From: a virus
Reading direction: 5' to 3' (one strand)
IMG/VR virus record: IMGVR_UViG_3300045988_024551
Coordinates: 1-11,946 of that record
Length of the DNA: 11,946 bases
The notes below the pieces were generated by a model that was given only the letters and a program-made list of their open reading frames with translations, was not told the DNA's origin and ran no database searches. Each line of letters opens with the position of its first letter. Position 1 is the stretch's first letter. This document shows, one piece after another, positions 1-5,512 of this stretch. The translations under genes were made by a program, and so were the position numbers.

Positions 1-102
1 AAAGGTACACTAGACACGCAGATTTAACATTTCCCAACTATCTTTTAACACTTGCTAACACACTTTGGCACGCTTTTTGCTGTGTCGCTTGTACCGTCAT
101 TG

Positions 103-129
103 TTAACACACTTTAACACATTTAACACA
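103..129. repeat. Three direct TTAACACA repeats at 10- and 9-bp spacing inside the ITR (mirrored at 11818..11844)
   Basis: TTAACACA occurs at 103-110, 113-120 and 122-129. Further TTAACA/CTAACAC copies lie at 24-29, 45-51 and 55-61. Spacing is about one helical turn. Confidence 0.6.
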
Positions 130-160
130 CCGTTAATACTGTTAAACTTTCATAAAAATA

Positions 161-204
161 ATGTTTCACGTGGAACGGTGGATAACAAATGTTTCACGTG
201 GAAC
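161..204. promoter_or_regulatory. Two copies of a 16-bp site ATGTTTCACGTGGAAC (imperfect palindrome around CACGTG), 28 bp apart, inside ITR-L
   Basis: Exact copies at 161-176 and 189-204. The core GTTTCACGTGGAAC differs from its own reverse complement at 2 of 14 positions, as expected for a dimeric DNA-binding protein site. Function (origin accessory or operator) is inferred. Confidence 0.45.
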
Positions 205-269
205 AAAGGGCGAATAGCAGCAAAGTGTCTTATTTGTTAAAGTGATTTAAATTAAAACTTTTACACTTT

Positions 270-320
270 TTAACGAAAATAATTTGGTGGTTTTGCAAAA
301 ATGTTGTATCTTTGCGCCGT
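270..320. repeat. 51-bp promoter module, inverted copy of 11612..11662 (3 mismatches), lying inside the perfect ITR after a non-homologous spacer
   Basis: Left: TTAACGAAAATAATTTGGTGGTTTTGCAAAAATGTTGTATCTTTGCGCCGT. Reverse complement of the right copy: TTAACGAAAATAATTTGGTGGTTTCGCAAAAACGTTGTATCTTTGCACCGT. Confidence 0.85.
283..314 (+). promoter_or_regulatory. Left-end promoter, Bacteroidota type (-33 TTTG, 20-nt spacer, -7 TATCTTTG)
   Basis: TTTG at 283-286 and TATCTTTG at 307-314. It matches the TTTG / TAnnTTTG consensus of Bacteroidota primary-sigma promoters, about 45 nt upstream of the first + strand ORF. Confidence 0.6.
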
Positions 321-357
321 GATTAAGAAACAAAGTTGAACATTTAAATATAAGAAT

Positions 358-684
358 ATGGCAAAGTACAAAATTACTTTAGAGTTTGAATCTGTTGTGT
401 CTATAAACGGTACACGTGTAAAGAGTGAAACATCACGTAACACGCAAATTGTTGAGGGTGTTTTTTCTGACGTTGCAAAAGTTATGTATCAACATGAAAT
501 CAACTGTATTAAGCATAACACCTTACCAAAGTTAACTAAAGACGTTTATACTATCTTTGATTCAAAAGATAATTTGAACTACATTAATGAGTACGGTTGT
601 TGTGTTACACAACTTTGTAACAAGTTGGGAAAAGATGTAAGTTCTTTCTTGCAGTTGATACAAACAAGCGAGAGAATTAAATAA
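358..684 (+). CDS. Hypothetical protein, 108 aa (first gene of the left operon)
   Basis: ATG ORF just downstream of the left promoter, followed by a hairpin. No motif recognised. Confidence 0.65.
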   Translation: MAKYKITLEFESVVSINGTRVKSETSRNTQIVEGVFSDVAKVMYQHEINCIKHNTLPKLTKDVYTIFDSKDNLNYINEYGCCVTQLCNKLGKDVSSFLQLIQTSERIK

Positions 685-693
685 AGTTTAACC

Positions 694-719
694 GCCTGTA
701 ATGTTCACTACTTACAGGC
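694..719 (+). terminator. Possible attenuator hairpin between ORF1 and ORF2
   Basis: GCCTGTAA (694-701) pairs with TTACAGGC (712-719), 10-nt loop. Only a weak T-tract follows, so any termination is probably partial. Confidence 0.3.
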
Positions 720-735
720 TTAAAGTAATTGATAT

Positions 736-939
736 ATGGAATATTCATATTTTAGAATCACATTGAAACAAACCGACAAAGTTACGGTTTTTATGGTACG
801 TTCTGATAAAGTAAGTGAGTTCTTTAATAACAAGATTGATTATTTACAGGGCGATTGCTCAATAACAGTTAAAGGGCGTTTTTCAACGCACAAAGATTCT
901 CGCAAATGGTTTATTGTTACACCAACAGAAAATAAATGA
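736..939 (+). CDS. Hypothetical protein, 67 aa
   Basis: ORF whose stop overlaps the next start in an ATGA junction at 936-939, suggesting translational coupling. Confidence 0.55.
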   Translation: MEYSYFRITLKQTDKVTVFMVRSDKVSEFFNNKIDYLQGDCSITVKGRFSTHKDSRKWFIVTPTENK

Positions 940-1370
940 GTGATATGAAAAAGATTAAGTATTTTAAATTGTCTGAGTTCATCAACTCAGCAACGGCGCA
1001 ACGTCTAAAAATAGACAATATGCCATCGTTTGAAATTGTGGATAACTTGAATCGTTTAGCCGATTATTTAGACGGTATTCGCGAAAAGTTAGGTAAACCG
1101 ATTCTAGTTTCTAGTGGCTACCGATGTCCGTTGTTAAATAAGGCGGTCGGGGGTGTTGTTAACAGTCAACACCAAAAAGGTTTAGCGGCTGATTTGGTTT
1201 GTGCTGATATGACAAAACTTGAATCGGTTCTCAGAGAAACAGGCGGTTTTGACCAACTTATTAAAGAACACCGCAAAGGTTTTCCGAATTCGTTTTGGTT
1301 TCACGTTTCAGTTTGCCCACGTAATGGTAAACCACGCAACCAAATTATAATTAATTTGGAAAAGAAATAG
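936..1370 (+). CDS. Peptidase M15 family (zinc D,D-/L,D-peptidase type) endolysin, 144 aa
   Basis: SGYRCPLLNKAVGGVVNSQHQKGLAADL followed by FWFHVSV gives the H-x6-D...H zinc-ligand pattern of Peptidase_M15-type phage endolysins. No signal peptide or TM segment is evident. Confidence 0.85.
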   Translation: MSDMKKIKYFKLSEFINSATAQRLKIDNMPSFEIVDNLNRLADYLDGIREKLGKPILVSSGYRCPLLNKAVGGVVNSQHQKGLAADLVCADMTKLESVLRETGGFDQLIKEHRKGFPNSFWFHVSVCPRNGKPRNQIIINLEKK

Positions 1371-1372
1371 TT

Positions 1373-1621
1373 ATGGATAAGGTTATAGAAATTTTGTTGA
1401 AATCGGTTGAGGGTTCAACCGAAACTTTGCAGTATATAGCAGGAAACACAACAGGTACAAACGGTATGCTATTAAATTCTGTTATTGATACATTGAAAGC
1501 GCAAACATTAGTAATAAAAACTATTTCGTGCAAACTTGATGAAGAAACGGCAAAGAAAAACCGTGCTTTGGATTTTATTTGTAGCAAAAATTTATATTGC
1601 GAATTTGCTAATAAAAAATAA
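1373..1621 (+). CDS. Hypothetical protein, 82 aa
   Basis: ORF starting 2 nt after the endolysin stop and ending directly at the bidirectional terminator. No TM helix or lipobox seen, so it is not an obvious holin or spanin. Confidence 0.55.
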   Translation: MDKVIEILLKSVEGSTETLQYIAGNTTGTNGMLLNSVIDTLKAQTLVIKTISCKLDEETAKKNRALDFICSKNLYCEFANKK

Positions 1622-1655
1622 GAAAACAGGCGGTAACATTTTACCGCCTGTTTTC
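1622..1655. terminator. Bidirectional intrinsic terminator where the + and - transcription units converge
   Basis: Perfect 15-bp stem GAAAACAGGCGGTAA / TTACCGCCTGTTTTC with a 4-nt loop (CATT). The stem ends supply a run of T's on both strands. Confidence 0.85.
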
Positions 1656-1657
1656 TT

Positions 1658-3220
1658 TTATAGATAAACGCCTGTTTCAAGTTGTGAAACAATTTCGTTA
1701 TATTCATCTACCAACAAATTTGCAGTGTCCAAATTTACGTTTTCAAACTGTGCAAACCCTGTAACGTCTTTCAACGTTACATCTTTTTGCGTGTTGTTAA
1801 TTACAACGTCAACGGTTTTATTTTCCGTTATTAAAAAGTAAGGTTCTAAACCATACAAAATTTGTTCGTTCCATTCGTCACCGCCAACGAGATTTAAATC
1901 GTTATCCCCTGTTCGATAAATAACATCACGTGACAAAGAAAAACTTTCAAACTGAAATGTTACACCGTCACACGATAGGAACGCCACAGCATCACCCGTA
2001 ACGATGTTAACTTTCAAAGACAAATTAACCGTTTTACCAATATATGAGTTATCAACAGGAACAAACCCACGGCACGGGATAAAAATTGAAATCTTTGCAT
2101 CATAATCGGCATTGTTACCGTTTAACCCTGTAAGGGCAACGTTTCCGAAATCTATTGTTATAATATCGGTTTTTGGCGATTCTACAACGATTTTTGTATC
2201 GTAGTCACCACATTTCAAGTTATCCGTACCACTTACAGGAACGTTTGCGAAAATTTGCTTAATACGGTTCACATATACGCCCAAATTAACGGTTTGTGTT
2301 GCACCTGTTGTTTCATCAACCACTTTAGAAAAACGTTGCTTGCTGAAAGCATCTAGATTTTCCAAACTTACTTTATAAACATTAATTGCACCGTAATTTT
2401 TTGCAACGGGTTCAATTATATTGGCATCGGCATTCAAAGTAAAGTTGAAATTTGGCGTAAATGTTAGCGTTCCCGTTTTCTTTTCGCTATCTAGCGTAAA
2501 GTTTACCGTTTTTGGGATTCCGTGCTCTAGATAGTAAACGTTTGGCGTGATTCCGTCAAATATAGCGTTTTCGTTTGCCGTTACCGTCACCGTAATCTCT
2601 TTGCCTTTTTCTACAGTTTCACCCGTCAAACTTGAAACGCAATTTTTCAAATTATATGTGACGTTTACAAACGTTTTAATTTCGTAGGCGTTGGCATTAA
2701 TTGTAAAATTGTCGTTTGGGGTAATTGTCACCGATGCCGTTAATTTGTCGATAGCTACATTAAAAACCGTTGACGGTGTGCCCGATGTTTCGTAGTCAAT
2801 AGCTGGTGCAACACCCGAAAAAGAAAACCCCTTGTTTGCGGTCAAAGTAATCGTTATCTCTTCCCCTTTGTTTACCGTGCCATCGTTTAACGAACTAGTA
2901 CAATTTGACAACGTATTTGTAACCGTGACGGTTTCGGGTACCGGGTCTGCACTTTCAACCGTAAACGCTTTAACGGTGCACGTTGATGCATTTGATGGAA
3001 TCTCATAAGAAATTGTTGCTTTTTTCCCTGTTGAATCCAAAACAAAGTTTGTATTGATATACTGAAAACTTGATGTTCTGATAGCTACCAACGGTACAGG
3101 GTCAAACTTATATCCCGTGTTTGCCTGTAGGGTCAAATTTAAAGTTTCCCCGTGTTCTATTGTTTCGGGCTTGTCACCGATAACGGTTGTCTCTGTTGAA
3201 ATATTATAAGTTATTTTCAT
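1658..3220 (-). CDS. Tail protein, 520 aa: three tandem ~85-aa beta-rich repeat domains (aa ~2-269) plus a C-terminal ~250-aa domain reminiscent of the C-terminal part of the phi29 gp9 tail knob
   Basis: Internal repeats are visible in the translation, with cores LNLTLQANTGYKFD / ITITLTANKGFSFSG / ITVTVTANENAIFDG. This is a VTLTA-x-A-x-x-GY-x-F pattern like divergent InlB B-repeat or Ig-like surface domains. It is the last gene of the late operon. The C-terminal ...FAQFENVNLD...VDEYNEIVSQLETGVYL resembles the gp9 C-terminus by eye only. Confidence 0.6.
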   Translation of the reverse strand: MKITYNISTETTVIGDKPETIEHGETLNLTLQANTGYKFDPVPLVAIRTSSFQYINTNFVLDSTGKKATISYEIPSNASTCTVKAFTVESADPVPETVTVTNTLSNCTSSLNDGTVNKGEEITITLTANKGFSFSGVAPAIDYETSGTPSTVFNVAIDKLTASVTITPNDNFTINANAYEIKTFVNVTYNLKNCVSSLTGETVEKGKEITVTVTANENAIFDGITPNVYYLEHGIPKTVNFTLDSEKKTGTLTFTPNFNFTLNADANIIEPVAKNYGAINVYKVSLENLDAFSKQRFSKVVDETTGATQTVNLGVYVNRIKQIFANVPVSGTDNLKCGDYDTKIVVESPKTDIITIDFGNVALTGLNGNNADYDAKISIFIPCRGFVPVDNSYIGKTVNLSLKVNIVTGDAVAFLSCDGVTFQFESFSLSRDVIYRTGDNDLNLVGGDEWNEQILYGLEPYFLITENKTVDVVINNTQKDVTLKDVTGFAQFENVNLDTANLLVDEYNEIVSQLETGVYL

Positions 3221-3222
3221 AA

Positions 3223-3666
3223 TTAAACATTTCCTTTTATTGTTACCATAATAATGCTACCGTCTTCACTCAATAACTCTTTATTCGGAAAATCAAGTTT
3301 TCTGATATTAGGGCGTGAATCGAAAACGTTTGAACGGTTTGAAAGATACTCGTTAACATTTTCGCCCTTTGTAAGCGTTCCCGTACTATTCAAAATAATA
3401 TCCTTATAAGTTAATAAAACGTCAACACGCAAACGAACTGTGCAAATATCACCGTCTTGTTGCTTTTCTGAAACGAAATAATAACGGTTCAAACTTTCGA
3501 TATAAACGTAATTAAACGTAACAGGCGTGCGAGTTCTGAAACGTACAACAGGCGTTAACACATTAAATGTAGCATTCAACACGCCTGTATATTCTTCGTT
3601 TGTCTGTAGCGTTTTGTTTACTTCGTTTGGTTTGCCGTTGTAAACAAATGTTTTGATTTTAACCAT
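3223..3666 (-). CDS. Small tail/neck protein, 147 aa, from the internal ATG at 3666 (the ORF track extends to 3705)
   Basis: The upstream 13 codons of the tracked ORF lie inside the terminator hairpin 3685-3720, so the ATG at 3664-3666 (MVKIKTFVYNG...) is preferred. NYVYIESLNRYYFVSEKQQDGDICTVRLRVDVLLTY resembles the N-terminal ...YIMFQN...WFYAFVTELE...VHFEIDVLQTW block of the phi29 gp9 tail knob (recalled, not searched). Confidence 0.55.
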   Translation of the reverse strand: MVKIKTFVYNGKPNEVNKTLQTNEEYTGVLNATFNVLTPVVRFRTRTPVTFNYVYIESLNRYYFVSEKQQDGDICTVRLRVDVLLTYKDIILNSTGTLTKGENVNEYLSNRSNVFDSRPNIRKLDFPNKELLSEDGSIIMVTIKGNV

Positions 3667-3671
3667 ACCGC

Positions 3672-3720
3672 TAAAAATTAAAAGGGGGCATTCCTGTGCT
3701 ATCAACTACAGGAACACCCC
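3672..3720 (-). terminator. Intrinsic terminator immediately after the major capsid gene
   Basis: In the minus-strand RNA, GGGGUGUUCCUGU / ACAGGAAUGCCCC forms a 13-bp stem (two G-U pairs) with a 10-nt loop, followed by CUUUUAAUUUUU. Confidence 0.75.
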
Positions 3721-3738
3721 AACAGTTATACAATCAAA

Positions 3739-4923
3739 TTAGGCAACAAAGAACACAACAAAGTTTTCGTTTGTGTCGTTGAAGTAGCCAGCATCGAATT
3801 TGAAGTAATTGTTGAAAAATTCTGCTTTGGCGTTGTAGTTGGTTGTTACTCGCTTATCCAAATTTGTAACACCCAAAGCATCACGGTCAAACATCACACC
3901 CAGCACGCCACCGATGGAAACAGTAGCACCGCTCGCACTCTTAACATCAACTTTTGAAACGTTGTCGAATGCATAATCTTTGCCTGTTGCTTGCCAGCTT
4001 GCAACGGTCTCAGCCTGTGGCAACAACACGTTTTCGTTGTGGAACGTATCGGCATAAAGATATGTTTTTGCAGCGGCTGCAAAATCACTCAACAAGACGG
4101 TGTGCAACACGTCTTTCGGTGTGAAACGCTCTTTGCCGCCAACGTTGAACAAAGTTGAAATGGTTTGCAAACGGTCGGCATACAAACCCATAATATAAGC
4201 GGCAAATCTGATAAAATCCGGTGTTGTTACGGCAACGTTTGCAGCCAACTGTGCTCCCGTCTTCTCGTTGTAAAGATGTAACAAGTTTACGCAACGAACT
4301 GTTGATGCGCTAGAGTAATCTACTGTTTCGTGTGTTGATGCAACAAAACCGAATGCAGATTTGTCTGCGTCCAAAGTTTCAGCAATCATATTGTTAATTG
4401 TACGCATAACTAGTGCATCGGTTTTGATAGTCATTGACTTCTCAACTGCTGAATAAATCATTGACAAAAAGCCGTTCAATTGTTCTGCACTGCTGAAAGA
4501 TTCCTTTACCTGTCTTTCTGTGATAGATACGGGAACCTCAAAAGTTACCTTTGAGTTGAAGAACTTAGCCGAAACTGTCGGTTTGTGGAACACGTCCTGT
4601 TTGTACTCTGTGCCGTCGGTCAAATTCCACGTGTCATTTTCTTCAGCCTGTGGAACGTCAGCGGAAATCTTTTCCAAAACGCTACCAAATTCCCATGCAT
4701 CCATCAAAACGCTTGGAACTTTGCCGCTATACGGGCGGTTTACGAAAACAACTTTGCCGATATGGTTAACCAACGATTTAACGTAATTATCCACGGCATT
4801 TTGGTTAAAAATCTCGTTACCCAAATCAACGATACCCGTTAAATCTTCGTTGACAATATCGGTTTTTCCCAAAACTTCACCCGATACGGTGTTTACTAAA
4901 CTATAAATCTGTTTTACTTCCAT
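3739..4923 (-). CDS. Major capsid protein, phi29 gp8-like (HK97 fold), 394 aa, without the C-terminal Ig-like domain of gp8
   Basis: VDNYVKSLVNHIGKVVF parallels phi29 gp8 QNDFITSLVDRIGLVVI. The C-terminal NNYFKFDAGYF...NFVVFFVA parallels gp8 WNYYYHVW...FANAVAFV. It sits downstream of the portal and is followed by a strong terminator. Confidence 0.8.
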   Translation of the reverse strand: MEVKQIYSLVNTVSGEVLGKTDIVNEDLTGIVDLGNEIFNQNAVDNYVKSLVNHIGKVVFVNRPYSGKVPSVLMDAWEFGSVLEKISADVPQAEENDTWNLTDGTEYKQDVFHKPTVSAKFFNSKVTFEVPVSITERQVKESFSSAEQLNGFLSMIYSAVEKSMTIKTDALVMRTINNMIAETLDADKSAFGFVASTHETVDYSSASTVRCVNLLHLYNEKTGAQLAANVAVTTPDFIRFAAYIMGLYADRLQTISTLFNVGGKERFTPKDVLHTVLLSDFAAAAKTYLYADTFHNENVLLPQAETVASWQATGKDYAFDNVSKVDVKSASGATVSIGGVLGVMFDRDALGVTNLDKRVTTNYNAKAEFFNNYFKFDAGYFNDTNENFVVFFVA

Positions 4924-4942
4924 TTTTATAAAAAATTAAGTA

Positions 4943-5512
4943 TTAATAAATATCTACTGTTAACTCTTTTGCAAGTTCTGTAATAACTTGCGTTTTGAAA
5001 TTAGTTTTGCGTAAACTCATTTCTTTTTGAATAATTTCACTAACAGGAACACTAGACGGCAAACCGTTCTTAATACTTGTTTTCGTGCCCGTTTCTTGTC
5101 GGTTTCCTGTTGATTCTCGTTGTTGCTTGGCATCATTTCCGAAATCTCCATTATTAAACGTTGTACTTGAATCGACTGTATTATTATTTCCTGTTTCGTC
5201 AACGGTATTACTAGTTGTTTCCGTTGTCTTTGACGTTACAGGGTTTAACACGTCATATTCTTTATTAAACACTTGAATTTGTTTTTGCCATTCGTCAAAC
5301 TTCACCGTAATAATACTTTTAACAATATCGTTTGCAGTTTCGTTTGTTACGGCATCAACAAGAATTTTGTTTCCATATTTGAAACGAAAATCAATATCTA
5401 TTATTTTCGGGTCATCTTCCCCGAAAATTGATTTGTACAAAACAGGAAACAGGGGCGCAAAGATTTTTTCAAACAAACCATTTTCACCCGTGAAAAGTTC
5501 GTTAATTTTCAT
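4943..5512 (-). CDS. Head or neck assembly protein, 190 aa (scaffold or lower-collar candidate by position), called from the ATG at 5512
   Basis: The ATG at 5510-5512 overlaps the portal 3' end (GAAAATGAAAATTAA) in the coupled-gene style used elsewhere here. It lies between the portal and the MCP. It has a T/N/S-rich central region and an amphipathic C-terminus. The ORF remains open upstream to 5728 through the repeat (see findings). Confidence 0.55.
   Translation of the reverse strand: MKINELFTGENGLFEKIFAPLFPVLYKSIFGEDDPKIIDIDFRFKYGNKILVDAVTNETANDIVKSIITVKFDEWQKQIQVFNKEYDVLNPVTSKTTETTSNTVDETGNNNTVDSSTTFNNGDFGNDAKQQRESTGNRQETGTKTSIKNGLPSSVPVSEIIQKEMSLRKTNFKTQVITELAKELTVDIY

Larger units (their letters stand above)
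1..228. repeat. Left inverted terminal repeat (ITR-L), 228 bp, perfect reverse complement of 11719..11946
   Basis: Direct comparison: nt 1-228 equal the reverse complement of nt 11719-11946. Identity ends after ...GCAGCAAAGTGT (229 is C on the left; the mirrored right base is T). The terminus is 5'-AAAGGTA, giving a 3'-TTT reiteration, similar to the phi29 AAAGTA ends. Confidence 0.95.

Noticed and set aside
52-240. 62-aa ORF inside ITR-L and its mirror, the 70-aa ORF at 11683..11895
   Set aside because: It starts at a non-ATG codon inside the non-coding ITR, upstream of and without any promoter. Its peptide (LTHFNTFNTP...) is just the translation of the TTAACAC repeats. The two copies diverge exactly where the ITR ends. 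It is most likely an artefact of the repeat.
1351-1707. 118-aa minus-strand ORF
   Set aside because: It is antisense to the 82-aa gene, runs through the bidirectional terminator and overlaps the 3' end of the 520-aa gene. The + strand ORF fits the operon, being 2 nt from the endolysin stop.
3667-3705. N-terminal 13-codon extension of the 160-aa tracked ORF (start at 3705)
   Set aside because: The extension lies within the stem-loop of the post-MCP terminator (3685-3720). The internal ATG at 3666, downstream of the U-tract, is the more plausible start.
3894-4842. Small ORFs nested in the MCP gene (3894..4088, 4085..4294, 4520..4786, 4585..4842). Similar nested ORFs lie in the ATPase gene (6900..7121), the polymerase gene (8862..9044, 9000..9257, 9321..9530, 9601..9783) and the 190-aa gene (5017..5202, 5085..5276).
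   Set aside because: All lie fully inside long ORFs with clear homology-type motifs, and none has its own expression signals. They are treated as shadow ORFs.
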